Made by a program: the position numbers and the translations under genes. Shown piece by piece: positions 25,856-40,001 of a DNA stretch of 64,000 nucleotides. Below the pieces are notes generated by a model, which saw nothing but the letters and a program-made list of their open reading frames with translations, ran no database searches and was not told the DNA's origin. The DNA comes from Octopus vulgaris (Eukaryota), in contig OX597833.1 of the NCBI GenBank assembly GCA_951406725.2, forward strand, positions 49,352,001-49,416,000. The letters are read 5' to 3'. Numbering within the stretch: the first letter of the stretch is position 1; every line of letters starts with the position of its first letter.

Positions 25856-26544
25856 CCAGTGGGTATAGCTTGAAGGAGATTTGGTTATTATTCTTCGTGG
25901 TAATGGCGATTTGGCGTCTATGTTTAGCACATTAGGTGTCCACTTTAGTGGTCATTCCTCTTAATTTTGTGTGTGTGTATATATATCATAGAAAGGAAAT
26001 ATTAAGTTGAAAAACACTTTTGGATAGAAAGCATTGAAGGCTGCCTGTGTACCTCGAACCCACATCTGTCTACAATTCCCGCAAAATAATTATTTCACGC
26101 TCCCTTGAAAGTTTATAAAGTCGTACGACGTCAACATGTGTGTGTGTATGTGTTTGTGTGTGTACGTGTGTGAAAATGTGTTGTTTGCAAAACAATCCAT
26201 AAGAGTGATGATTGAGCGAGTTAATGATTTATATTTGGTTAGCAACTATTAAGGATATGAAATATGTTCTGGCTTTGAAATGCATTCGAGATATGGTAAA
26301 TTGTGACCTTTATGACTTACTCTAGAATATTTATCAACATAAGCGAAAAGAGACCCAATTGGGAATCGAGAGTAGTTCACAAACTCTGCCCTTATTTTAC
26401 AATCACGCTTGTCAATAAAAGTTTATTTACTTGATATATGAACCATGACGAGTTAAACTGAACTAGAAAGCAAACGAGCTAACTATATGATACATATTGT
26501 TAAACTTAACCATAATATAATAACATGTTTTGATAAATGTAGTG

Positions 26545-27117
26545 TTTAGCGATAGTTTCTAAGGCAAACAGTTTCGACGGGAAAGGAATTTGTCGATATC
26601 ATCGACGCAATACTTGTCTGATACTTTATTTTAGGCAAATTTGAAAGGCAAAGTTGACCACGCTGGGGGTTGAACCCAGAACATAAAGTGTCTGAAGAAA
26701 TATCGATAGGCATTTTGTTTAACGTTTTAACAATTCTTATTTCTTTACTGCCCACAAGGGGCTATACACAGAGAGGACAAACAAGGACAGACAAACGGAT
26801 GAAGTCGATTATATCGATCCCTAAAGGATGAAAGGCAAAGTCGACCTCGGCGGAATTTGAACTCAGAACGTAAAAACAAACAAAATACCTATTTCTTTAC
26901 TACCCACAAGGGGCTAAACACAGAGAAGACAAACAAGGACAGACAAACGGATGAAGTCGATTATATCGACTCTAGTGCGTAACTGGTACTTATTTAATCG
27001 ACCCTGAAATGGATGAAAGGCAAAGTCGACCTCAGTAGAATTTGAACTCAGAACGTAGCGGCAGACGAAATACTGCTAAGCATTTCGCCCAGCGTGCTAA
27101 CGTTTCTGCCAGCTCAC
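26545..27117 (-). mobile_element. SINE family B cluster (old monomer plus younger dimer)
   Basis: Repeated gaaaggcaaagtcgacctc units; head at about 27070-27117. Confidence 0.85.
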
Positions 27118-27387
27118 CATGTGGATGGACATATGTGTATGTTTTTGTGTGTATATGTATGCGTGCCCAACCGTATATACGTGTGGACAGGTGCTTGTGT
27201 ATGAGAATGTATTGAGTTCGTTTTTACGTTCGGAGTTCAAATTCTGCCGATGTGGACTCGAAATTCGAAATTACTAGTCTTGTGCTTATAGTAGACAGAA
27301 ATGTTGCTGCTGTTGTTGATAATGAACAATTCGTTTCTTGTTTTTACTGTTGTCCTTGTTGCAAATCACTGAGATTGTCACTGCTGT

Positions 27388-27831
27388 CTTCTTCTTTCAA
27401 TCAGGACTCACGCCATTAGCCACAAAGAATAATCTCTAATTCGAGCCTACTCTAAGCTACTAAAAATGCGTGTGCAACTTGAAGATCCACCAGCCACACG
27501 CGTTAGACTGGCGGTTGCACAGGCGCCAAAGCTACGTTATTATCCTCATTCCGTAAACGGTGGCTTTTAACAGGTGGAGAGCTGAACCATCTTGTGTTAC
27601 AGAAGATTCGTAATCTAAACTGGGGTCTGAAAATTTACCACACCATAGTGGGTTACACCATGGCTCCTCTCTCTGCTTTGTGGCAGAAGTAGGAAGAAAG
27701 AGTGAGAGAAAGTTGTGGAGCTCAGAAAGTCGTGGAGCTTAGATGTTTTCGCTCAATAAACACTTACAATGCCCGGTCTGGGAATCGACCGCGAGTCCGC
27801 TGCCCTAACCACTGGGCCATTGCGCCTCCAC
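27388..27831 (-). mobile_element. SINE family C head fused to an unrelated ~300-bp tail
   Basis: 13-bp TSD ttgtcactgctgt (27375-27387, 27832-27844). Head gtggaggcgcaatggcccagtggttagggcagcggac; (GAA)-like 3' end. Confidence 0.85.
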
Positions 27832-27958
27832 TTGTCACTGCTGTTGCTTCCGATGGCTAATGTTGTTGCTTGATTGTGTTATTATTGATTTTGTTACTGT
27901 TGACGTTATTTATGTTGTTCTTGCAATTGTTGTATTGCTGTTTATATTAGCAGTGCCG

Positions 27959-27990
<32 letters not shown>

Positions 27991-28135
27991 ATTGTTCTTG
28001 TCGCACTCGTTGTATATGGATCCACATTCATCGTTTTGTTCGTGTTGTTGTTGTTGCTGTTATTGTTGTTAAATTGGGCCTTTTGAATCGGTGTTGCTTC
28101 GATCTCATCGTCGACCTCCTCTCCATGAGGTACAA

Positions 28136-28400
28136 GTATGTGCATGTATGTGTGTATGTGCATGTATGTGAGTATGTGCATGTATGTGTGTATGTGCATG
28201 TATGTGTGTATGTGCATGTATGTGTGTATGTGCATGTATGTGTGTATGTGCATGTATGTGTGTATGTGCGTGCGTATATCTGAGCGTATGTACATGTATG
28301 TGTGCATGTGCATGTATGTGTGTATGTGCATGTATGTGTGTATGCGCATGTATGTGTGTATGTGCGTGCGTGTATCTGAGCGTATGTACATTTATGTGTG
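28136..28400. repeat. 18-bp minisatellite (gtatgtgcatgtatgtgt)n within a long microsatellite field extending to about 31480
   Basis: Directly visible tandem units. Confidence 0.9.
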
Positions 28401-28900
28401 TATGTGTGTTTGTATGTGTATCCGTATTTCAGCCCATGTATATGCACGTGTGTATGTGTATCTGAGTGTGTATGTGCACATGTCTATGTGTATCTGAGTG
28501 TGTGAACGTGTACATGAGTATGTGTGTGTGTGTGCATCTGTATTTCAAAGCACTTGTATGTACGTGTGTATATACATCTGTGCGTGTGTGTGCATGTGTG
28601 TATGTGTATCTGAGCATGTGTGTGTTTGTGTGTGAGCGTGTGCGTGTGATTGTTTTTGTATATCTGTATGTGTGTGCATATCTGTGTACATGGTTGCGTA
28701 TGCATACGTCTATCATTGTGCGTGAGTATGTGGATGAATATATGTGTGTGTTTGTGTGTGTGTCTATGTGTGCCAGAGCGTGTATATGTGTGTAAGCGTG
28801 CGTATGTATGAGAATGTATTGTGTGCGTATGTGTATGTGCATGCATATCCATGTGTGTGTGTGCTGGCGTATGTATGAGAATGCCTTAAGCGTGCCTGCG

Positions 28901-28932
<32 letters not shown>

Positions 28933-29089
28933 TGTATGTATGTATGTATGTGTTTGTGCATGTGAGTGTGTGTGTGTGTGTGTGACTGAGATTTGATATT
29001 CTTGTAGTGAAATAACAGAATATATATATATATATATATATATGCATGTATACACTTATATATATATATATGCTTGCATACATATATGC

Positions 29090-29140
<51 letters not shown>

Positions 29141-29311
29141 TGAATGCATACATGCACACACACACACATATATATATACATGTATACATATGTGTGTATG
29201 TATATATATATATATGCATATATATGTATATATATGTATATATATATGTGTGTGTATATATATATATTCATGTATACACATATATATATACATATATGCA
29301 TGTATACATAC

Positions 29312-29380
<69 letters not shown>

Positions 29381-30120
29381 CATATATACATATATGATAG
29401 CTGTGGTAATAAAGCTAGCCCCAGGCATCAATTAGCACGCCTGTACAGAGTTTTGAGAAGGAGGGGGAGGAGGAGGAGGAGGACTGCGGCCGCAGGGAAG
29501 ATTTCTATAAGAAGGATGCTTTCCATGCATTCCACATGAAATGAGTAGTTTCCCTATGAAGAGCAGCAAAACCTCTTCACGTAACACAACACTGCGAGCA
29601 ACTGGATTCCAAAAATAACAATCCACCCACCTTCACAGTCGCCTCCCACATATTATGTTAGTTTATATGTTGATGTATATGCATGTATGTATGTATGTAT
29701 GTATGTATGTATGTATGTATGTATGTATGTATGTATGTATGTATGTATGTATGTATGTATGTGTGTATGTATGTATGTATGTATGTATGTATGTATGTAT
29801 GTGCGTGTGTGAATGTGTGTGTGTGTTTGTTTGTGTGTGCATGTGTGTGAGTTAGTGTACATAGATATGTATCAATGTGTGTGTATGAATATATATGAAT
29901 GTATATATATACATATATATGCATATATATATACATATATATATGCATATATACATCATATATACATATACATATATATATATATATAGTATTTATAGTG
30001 TATATATATACATATATATACATATACATATACATATATATACATATATATATACATATATATACATATATATATACATATATATATGCATATATATATA
30101 TATACATACATATATACGGC

Positions 30121-30152
<32 letters not shown>

Positions 30153-30447
30153 GTACATATATACATATGCATATATACATGCATATATATACATATATGT
30201 ATGTATATATATATATGTATATATACACATGCATGTATACATATATATGTTTACTATTGCATATGTGTGTGTGCGTGTATGTGTGTGTATGTATATATAT
30301 TAGTGCATGTGTGTGTTTATATTTTTACATAAATGTATTTAATTTCCCCTTTCTTTTCTCTCTGTATACACTCACATTTATAATCATACCAATTTATTTT
30401 TAATTTTTCATTGTATCAGTTACATGTTCTTCATGCTGGAGCGCTTG

Positions 30448-30489
<42 letters not shown>

Positions 30490-30776
30490 GACACACACAG
30501 ACATACACACTCACACACTTGTGCGCATGCACGCATAAACACGAACATACGCACACGTACATGCATATATCAAACATACAGATATATACGTACAAACATA
30601 TGCAAGCACTCTTACACACATACATATGTAGAAGTTTAATTACTCGTGGATGTATATTCATGTATTGGTATTGAGCATATTCATACCTATAAAGCGCATG
30701 TATCGTATGTTTATATACCCCACCCTGTCCTTGCTTCTCGCTTCCCCTCATACACATCGTATCTGACTATCTATAA

Positions 30777-30832
<56 letters not shown>

Positions 30833-31018
30833 TGATAAAACGGTAAGATAACAAAAGAAAGAAAGAGACCTCAATGAGTAATGTAACATATTGTATAGAT
30901 ATATATGTATGTATATATATTTATGTAAACAAACATTTTATTCTGCCTTTAGAAGTGTCGCGTTGAAATGTTAACTTCGTGTGTGTGTGTGTGTATGTAT
31001 AAATATATACACAGGTAC

Positions 31019-31115
<97 letters not shown>

Positions 31116-31379
31116 ATAAATATACGTATAAACACATATGTGGATGTGTATTTATATCTGTGTATGCATGAATACATATGCATACACACACAATATATAT
31201 ATATATATATATATATGTGTGTATGTGTGTGTGTGTATTCATGTATACACACTCACAAATATGTATGTATGTATGTATGTATCTATCTATCTATCTAACT
31301 ACCTACCTATCTATGTATGTCTATGTATGTATGTTTGTATTTATATGTATGTATATATATCTCGCTCTCTATCTATTTC

Positions 31380-31477
<98 letters not shown>

Positions 31478-32631
31478 AGTAATATACCCTTTTGTATGTT
31501 TATGTATATGCATGTCTGTCCTCTATTAGTTTTTCATTTCGAGCAAGAAGATACCACCTCAGATCCACCAAGAATACAAAAAAAACCCCAACCCCACCAA
31601 AAAACCCCACCCCACCAAAAAAACCCCAAACAAAAAAAAGCAAAACGAAAAAAAAAACATATAACAAAATAAATAAAACAACAAAGAAAATCACTACCAG
31701 ACCAAACCAAACCATACCATACCATGCCATACCGACACGACAGCTCATCATTATAAATCGACCGGATCGAATGAAACTAATTTTACATAAACATATGTCC
31801 ATAGATATGTAGCCTCCTTATCTACAACTAAACTGAACATTAACCAATACTATAAACGTCCATACATTCATATAATAGCTCAACAAAAACATGCTGCAAT
31901 AACAAAGATGTTTCACTTATTTCTGTCTCTCCTAATTTGTAATTTACATATGACCATCTTCCTTGTAACTCTCCTTTACAACCAGATAGCTTTTATTATC
32001 GTCTTGATTACGTGTTTGTTTTATTGGTATAATTTTCTTTGACTGACTACGAAGAGTCGTCTGTTTTTATAAGTTTTACTTTAATGGAAATGATGTAAGC
32101 AGACGACATTGTTCGGTGAATATTGTAATAAAAACCCCCCTCCGAAAATACTCTTTCGAACTAAAGTTAGATAAGAAGACGGTAGACAAGGCGATAACAT
32201 CAGATTAAATTAGTTTAATCAATGTTCAAAGAAGTTTGTTACAGAAAGTAACTATTTTGAGGTGGCCGGGAATTGATGAAGCGCAATTAAGAATCGCAGG
32301 AAATCATAAAAGATAACACTTCGTTGTGTACGAGTAAATAAAGAGAAAAGTTGTTAAAACTCTCCAGGTAACTTACAACAACAGTTCCTAATGGTTGTTG
32401 GGATCGATGGCGAGGTGTTGTAATGAGGCGGTGGTGGTACAGTGAAGGGGACGATGTTGTTAAATTGGATGGCGAAAATGACGACCACGATGAAACGTTT
32501 TTAGAATTCTGACATTGTAATCGGTTGTTTTTACCATACCATCACGTTTTCCCTCTCCTTACACGCATGCACGCATGTACGCACGCAGGCACGTACGCAC
32601 GCAGGCACGCACGCGCACACTCATTCACACG

Positions 32632-32675
<44 letters not shown>

Positions 32676-32784
32676 GTACACCTACATACATTACAAGTAA
32701 ATACATGCAACCACGAGCGATACATACATACATACATGCATACATACATACATACATACATACACACATACATACATACATACA

Positions 32785-32818
<34 letters not shown>

Positions 32819-32852
32819 CAGGCATATGAGCTAGCAATCATATATATATACG

Positions 32853-33187
32853 AGTCCTAGGCTCAGCTGGCTCCGGTTGACAGTACCCGGTATGGGCCCC
32901 TATCCAGAGTTACGGAAAGGAGACAACCTTCAAAGAAATCCGGAGTGGAGCCCCGTAGGCGGTTTAGTGTTCAACTCGACACTCTTCCGGCAGCTCCTGC
33001 AACTAAACTGGTGCCAAACGTAAGACGCCAGGAAGGTCGAGAGAGGAATCCTGACGATTGGGCTACCCATCATTTTCTTACATCTAGCCCAGGTCTGTGC
33101 AAAACTGGAGAGGACATGAAATGTAAAAACCAGACTGGATTAGTTTATGTGCAACTCCATTGTCTCCCGATACAAAAGGATGCCAAC

Positions 33188-33200
<13 letters not shown>
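32853..33200 (+). mobile_element. Probable RTE-derived non-autonomous retroelement fragment
   Basis: GC-richer insert ending in a (CAA)n tail. Motifs ggagtggagccccgtaggcgg and gctcctgcaactaaactggtgccaaacgta resemble RTE 5' regions as recalled. Confidence 0.45.
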
Positions 33201-33249
<49 letters not shown>

Positions 33250-33650
33250 ACTAAAATAATTAGAATGATGTTAATTATCAGAGGTTGGTTAATTATTTGC
33301 TTAACCTATGATCAAAGGCAAATAAACCACGATTATCCCGCCTTATTTTCAGGGGTAGTATATTCTGGACTATATTAATTAATATGTTTGTGTTTCTGAA
33401 AGACGGTAGCGTGTGGTTTGACGGAGATTTTGTTGCTATTTCTAATAAATCGAGAGTCCATTACGTATTCGTTGATTAGTGGTCCTTCTCTTTCTACCTG
33501 AAATTACAAGAAATTATTTTTTTAATGTAAAGACCTTTAAGAAATCGGTGTTATTATTTTATAAATCTGGACAGGAAAGGTAATTCCAGTGACCTTCGTT
33601 GGTTAGCTCAGAGAGAGGAAACTGCCGCAGTTAATATTCAGCTTGAAAAA

Positions 33651-33909
33651 GGCGGCGAGCTGGCAGAAACGTTAGCACGCCGGGCGAAATGCATAGCCGT
33701 ATTTCGTCTGCCGTTACGTTCTGAGTTCAAATTCCGCCGAGGTCGACTTTGCCTTTCATCCTTTCGGGATCGATAAATTAAGTACCAGTTACGCACTGGG
33801 GTCGATGTAATCGACTTAATCCGTTTGTCTGTCCTTGTTTGTCCCCTCTGTGTTTAGTCCCTTGTGGGTAGTAAAGAAATAGGTATTTCGTCTGCCGCTA
33901 CGTTCTGAG
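33651..33909 (+). mobile_element. SINE family B (head, one unit, start of a second)
   Basis: Near-consensus copy. Confidence 0.92.
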
Positions 33910-34449
33910 GCCCAGAAAGTGTTTTTTGATATCTCTTGTATCAGAGCATGTGCGCGTATTTGAACACCTCGCTCGAGTTTTGCATCGAGGATGTCGATTT
34001 ATGCCATACTTTTTCTGTTCTCCTTTTTCAATCGGTTGTCTAGCTTCCCCTCCAATGTCTTGTTTCTCCATTGTTTTTGTCATTGCTAAAATCGACAAAA
34101 TTTGCTCAAATTTTTCCTTTTAGGTGACACCCAACTCCTGTAACTGATAACTCCATTCGTCAATCACGCTTAATTAGCTTATCAAGTCTGAGAAGCCTTT
34201 TCGTGCTTAGAAAGTTGCATTCACTTTCCAGTACTCGCTTGGTGCCAGCATTCTAAAAAACCGCGTTAAAGGGAACGCTATAGGCATACATTTAGTTGGA
34301 TGTACCAATCCACATAGACAGAGAAGCAAGCGCAATCAGTGGGATCTTAATCCACGTGAAAGGAAGTGCCTTCTAATCGAAGTATCAAACGCAATAGATG
34401 ATAATATATCTTTAAAAAGATTCTGAACAAATTTATTCATAATTGTTTT

Positions 34450-35050
34450 ATAAATTATTCAGGACAGGTGGTGGTGTTGCTGGTGGGTAATTCCAGTGAC
34501 TTTTGTCGGCCCTTTAAGACTAAGCAGATTTAAGAAGTTAGTGGAAGTTGTATTTACATAGAGGTGAGATTACAGTTCTTGGTAGAGAGAGCTAAACGAA
34601 ACGTAGCTTATTTTGTTTGAGAAGTAAGTCTCAGTGAAGATAACATAGAGGAAGAGAAACTAGTGGGTCGTGTTGACCTAAGTGGAGGGGCTATGCAGTT
34701 TGCTAGTTTTGTGGTGCAGATATCTGCTGAATTAGTGAGATAAGATTAAAGATAAGACACTGCGCGTCTATTAGCAAGAAATTTTTCAAAATAGGTCAAT
34801 AAGAAAATGCAGGACAGTGTCCATGGCTTTACTCTATTTTCCAAACTGATAAAATAGCTGCGACCAATGTCCAACCTAAACGTCTGTGGGAGTGGAGAAG
34901 GTAATTGTGGTAAACCCGGTTTGTTAGCTTGAAGTAGAGAGTTGGTGGTGAAGTGGGCGGAAATATTGAGTTCTTTTCAGCTGCTGAGCAACCATGCGCT
35001 AGAAGAAAGATTTTGTAACGGTGGAAATCTGTTTACATATACATATAATG
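34450..35050 (-). pseudogene. Heavily decayed LINE ORF2 3' fragment
   Basis: The minus strand gives LANRRAVSYL...CTTKLANCIAPPLRSTRPT across a frameshift. This resembles the HRRxVASLxxFY...CSxEL..PP C-terminus of L2/CR1-group elements. Confidence 0.35.
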
Positions 35051-35809
35051 ATTGTAATGACAGTTGAATAGAATCTAAGGCATTGCAGAATCCATCTAGT
35101 GGGCATGTATTCTTGTTTCTTTCTGAACATACTGCTTCACTTTTCTCGATGGTGGTGTCTTTTATAATTTCTTTTTATATTCTTACGCTTTTATCATTCT
35201 TTTTTTTATTCCATCGTTCAGTCTTCACCTTTAAATCTTATGTCATCTCCCCCTTTTCTGCCCGCATAATTTTCAGTTCTCCAACCCCTTCTTCCATTGT
35301 TTCCACTGCAACTATAATTTTCACCGTTGGAGAGAATTTAACTCAGCATCAAGCCAGAGTGTCCCGGGTTAACGATTCGGCTTCTTTGAGACTAATCCTA
35401 ATTTCTAATCTTATTGATCACTATTATAAGCACAAGGCCCACACATATTCGGAGACGCTATAGATGCTATAGATTATATTGACCCAAGTTCCTATTTTAT
35501 GGTCCACTGGAATGATGAAAAGCACAATTGATCTCGGCAAGATTTGAACTTAAGATGAAAAGAACGTAACCAAATATCGCGATGAATTATTGTCTGTCGT
35601 TCTCGCGATCTATCAAATCTATTGCCTACTCTGTTGTGTATAGTGGTTTCGAGGGAAGTTGTTAGTAAGTGCCAATACTAATACTGATATTTTATTTTAT
35701 CGATCACGAAATGCTGGAAGGTTCAGTTGACTTTGGCAACATTGAATTTAGAATGTCAAGAATCGGAGGGAATACCCGAAGTAGTTTTTCCGATACTCAA
35801 ACGATTCTA

Positions 35810-36361
35810 TTGGGTTGTCCGGAAAGTTCATGCCGATTTCTAAAGGAAAGAAAAAGATCAATAAATACTTACCATTACATTTTTAATCAACCAAATATGA
35901 ACCATTTTGTTGTACAATGCATCTCCATCTTTCCTTTAACTTGAAAATACCCTCTTCCCAGAACTGAGGTGGTTTCAAGGCAAAGAATTCATCAAGGTAT
36001 CTTTTTACGTCATCCAAGGAGTTGAAATTTTTACCATTAAGGCTATTCTGCAGAGACCTGAATAAGTGGAAATCCGAAGGAGCAATATCTAGTGAATATG
36101 GAGGGTGGGGTAACACATCCCAGCTGAGCTGCAGCAATTTTTGTCTGGTTCCCAAAGCATCAAGTACCGAAAATGAACTTTCTTATCTTCCATTTTAAAG
36201 GGTTACAGAATTGACATAGGTTATAGGAATATAAATCTTCTTCCAGGAAAAGATAGCTTAAACTGTGTTCTAAATGTTCTATTTTATGGACTCAACCATG
36301 TTCTAAAATAAGTCGAAAGGTAAGCCATTATAAATCGGCACGAACTTTCCGGACAATCCAA
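35810..36361 (-). mobile_element. Internally deleted mariner element, copy 3, inserted in a decayed SINE B
   Basis: Same TIRs, TA flanks at 35808-35809 and 36362-36363. Remnant HPPYSLDIAPSDFHLFRSLQNSL...KLKERWRCIVQQNG. Confidence 0.95.
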
Positions 36362-36608
36362 TACTAACTTACTGCTTTCCTGTTGTGTATAATGGTTTCA
36401 AATTTTGGCACAAAGCAAACAGTTTTAGAGGAAGTGGGTTAAGTCGATTACATCAATTCCAGCGCACAATTCGTACTTATTAACCCCGAAAAGATGAACC
36501 GCATAGCAAGCTTTCGGAAGCGTTTGAACTCAGGATGTAAAGATCGGGAAATAAATACCGCATAGCAATTTTTTTCGACTCTCTAACGAATCTGTCATTT
36601 CACTGTTT

Positions 36609-36802
36609 GGATCTTTTCGCTTTGACCGGCAGATTTTTAAAATAATTTCTTTGTAACTAAACACTTTTAAACTTCGTTTTCCTGTAATGTGTTACATAAA
36701 ACATCTTTTTCTCTTGACTTTCTTGAGAAAATTCTGTAGTTTGTAAGCTATTTGTTGTTTAATTTCTTGCATTTCGGCAATTTCAACCAAGTGAAAAGAT
36801 CC
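36609..36802. mobile_element. Short derivative of the GGATCTTTTC-terminated TIR element with an 8-bp TSD
   Basis: Ends ggatcttttc / gaaaagatcc; flanks cactgttt (36601-36608) and cactgtct (36803-36810). The interior matches the reverse complement of about 52350-52530. Confidence 0.8.
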
Positions 36803-37427
36803 CACTGTCTTTCTGTGTATAATCCTTTTTGCAACAGACACAGTCTGAAAATTTTGGGGAAGGGGAAATAGTCGATCACACCACCTCCAGTACTTGAATG
36901 ATACTATTTCATCGACCCCCAAAACATTCGAAAGCAAAGTCGTCCTCGGCGGCACTTGAACTCAGCGCGTAAGCACGGACGAACATCCGTTAAACATTTT
37001 ATCTGGTGTGCTAACGATTGTGCGACCTCACCGTCTTTCTGTTTTGCGTAATAAAAACAAATAACAAACGTTAAATTCACATTTTTATACCCAAAAGAAC
37101 ATCCAAACCTTGCTTTCCAGTAATAGTTTCTCCATTTATGGCATTTTAAGACTAGATTATTCAGTATTTTATGACGAGCACTGTCGAAATAAACCTCTTC
37201 AAAACATCCAGGAATGCCCACTAACCAATAAATTGTTGCTAAACTGTTACTTTATACACATTTTTGCTTTTAAATGAATGGGAATATGGCGGAATATAGG
37301 CTTTGGTGCAACTGTGCATAAGTATTTCATGTTGATAAGGAGTGAGAGACAATCATTTTGAGCGAAGTAAGAATTTGCTGCGAAGAACTGAAATCTGTGG
37401 GGGTTTTATTTACACGTTCGATCTTTC

Positions 37428-37815
37428 GATGATGATCTTCTTCTTCTTCTTCTTCTTCTTCTTCTTCTTCTTCTTCTTCTTCTTCTTCTTCTTCTTCTTC
37501 TTCTTCTTCTTCTTCTTCTTCTTCTTCATCATCATCATCATCATCTTCATCTTCTTCATCATCATCATCATCATCATCATCATCGTCATCACCGTCACCA
37601 TCACCACCATCACCACCATCATCATTAGCATCATCATCATCAGCATCATCATCTTCTTCATCATCATCATCTTCATCATCATCTTCATCATCATCATCAT
37701 CATCTTCATCTTCTTCATCATCATCTTCATCATCATCATCATCATCATCATCGTCATCACCATCACCATCACCACCATCATCATCAGCATCATCATCATC
37801 AGCATCATCATCATC

Positions 37816-37878
<63 letters not shown>

Positions 37879-37890
37879 TTCTTCTTCTTC
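37428..37890. repeat. Compound (TTC)n/(ATC)n trinucleotide array with an internal higher-order duplication
   Basis: The variant cassette catcgtcatcacc...agcatcatcatcatcagc recurs near 37581 and 37749. Confidence 0.9.
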
Positions 37891-38462
37891 TCGACTAATT
37901 GTGTGTGTATATATACATATACATTATATATATACATGTGTATATGTGTGTGTATAAATGTATATATGAACGTACCTAGGTATGTTTTTGAGGATTTTGT
38001 GTGGTGTATGTGTGCGCGTGTGAGGACTACGTGAACGTGTGTTTATGTTGGATATCCAATCATCAAACCATGCTCTTCAACGAGACATCCAAAATCTTCC
38101 ACGTAATAAATGTCAACCGTAGAAAGATCATAATGGAATCGTCACAAACTAAACACTTTACAACGACAATTTATTGCTGATCCATCTTAACTTTGAACGA
38201 GGTAAACTGCAAAATAAAGAACGTTCTCGCGTGTTTTTGAGGGTATTTGAATGCGCATGCGCAGAAATATCCTCCTACAAACCATGCCAATAAGCCGATA
38301 TATATAAGTCATTCGAAAAGTTCCACCCACATCATGCGGGTTTTAACGCTTTTTTCTCTCCAGTTACGAATCAGTGACTTACCCTCAACATACGCAATAA
38401 ATCTGGTAGAAATAACTGTGAAATCTCTCTTAAATCATATTCTACACCTTTGAAAAATGGAA

Positions 38463-38560
38463 GGACATACTGAAGAGTTTATTTTTAAATCGAATTAATT
38501 TTAATTGTTTCAATTTTATTATTATCGATTTAAATATATAGTCACGAAACGCGCGTAGTC
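38463..38560 (+). ncRNA. Type I hammerhead-like motif with extended stem II
   Basis: CTGAAGA (38470-38476), then G...tttaaatcga/tcgatttaaa...C, then GAAAC-gcgc-GTA (38546-38557). Stem III is the palindrome ACGCGCGT. Confidence 0.6.
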
Positions 38561-38793
38561 AATTTAATGTTTGTTTAGTTTAGTGATTTTTAGAATGATA
38601 TTTATTATAATATATTGAAATTTTTCTATATGATTTAATATAGGTAATAATCTTTCACTATCAATTGATTTACTTAATAGAGGTTATTTCTCTTAATTAT
38701 ATACATATATTATATATTGTGAAATTTGATTTAGAATTGCTAAATTGAATTTTTCTCTGTAAGTTTGAAATTCTATATTCCCTATTATTATTA

Positions 38794-38901
<108 letters not shown>

Positions 38902-39009
38902 GCCATCAAATGAATAATATATATATATATATATATATACATGTTGAGACCCCCATTATTATTATTATTATTATTAATAGTAATAATAATAATAATATAT
39001 ATATATATT

Positions 39010-39332
39010 GGACCCCTTCGGTCATGACTGACCATGGGATTGCATCTAGAAAGTTACCCTCCCTGGCACAAGTCCAGGAAAGGTTGTTTATGGAGAGCCA
39101 GCAGTCGCCCATGCATACCGGCCTTCCCTCTGCACACCACCAGTGTTATCCAAGGGAAAGACAAAGGGGTCGATACATCTTGGCACCTGTCACGTCGCAA
39201 CTCATTTCTACAGCTGAGTGAACTGGAGCAACGTGAAATAAAGTGTCTTGCTGAAGAACACAACACGCAGCCCGGTCCGGGATTCGAACTCAAACCTCAC
39301 GATCGTAAGCTCGACGCTCTAACCACTGAGCC
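39010..39332 (-). mobile_element. SINE family D, copy 2
   Basis: Reverse complement of the 17023-17359 element. Confidence 0.88.
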
Positions 39333-39348
39333 ATATATATATATATAT

Positions 39349-39423
<75 letters not shown>

Positions 39424-39734
39424 AAAAATTTACATATATTTATCGATACATAACACTGAATTATAATAGAGGAAGTAAATTGATAAGTTCCTAGACAAAC
39501 ATACACGATACAATAGTAAGGTAAATAGTTGAAATTAAATTTAAATATATTCACAAATAACTGTAGGCTTTCATTCAGCCTTGTTGCTAGATAAGTCGTT
39601 TATACTCAATTGTGCGATGGTTTCACATTAAAATATATATCATCAGACGTGTTATTTAGATGTTTGATTAACCATTGATAGCCTAGAAAATTCTAGCCGT
39701 TCCGAGTTCAGAGACTGTCACTATACAAAGTTAA

Positions 39735-39779
<45 letters not shown>

Positions 39780-40001
39780 AGGCACACGCACACAAACGCG
39801 TGCGCACACGCATACATACGCCTAGCATCGATCTGTCTAATTGCAATTCTCTGTTTAGCTTTTGTATGTATCAATATATTTATAGGTGTGTATCTATTTA
39901 CAAACATACAAGCCTACGTTCATACACACGCACACGCACACACATATACAGACTTATACAGACATATACATGCATATACACACACACACACACACATATA
40001 C

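Noticed and set aside
27942-31812. Many long ORFs rich in YI/CV/HT/YLSI
   Set aside because: These are translations of stop-free microsatellites; the same applies to ORFs at 37342, 41210, 48794, 50382 and 62481.
33898-34123. Opposing 65-66-aa ORFs as a candidate exon
   Set aside because: No identifiable homology and no paired splice sites giving an open exon.
39605-39650. Minus-strand CUGAUGA...GAAAC hammerhead-like core
   Set aside because: No GUH cleavage triplet in register and no convincing stems I or II.
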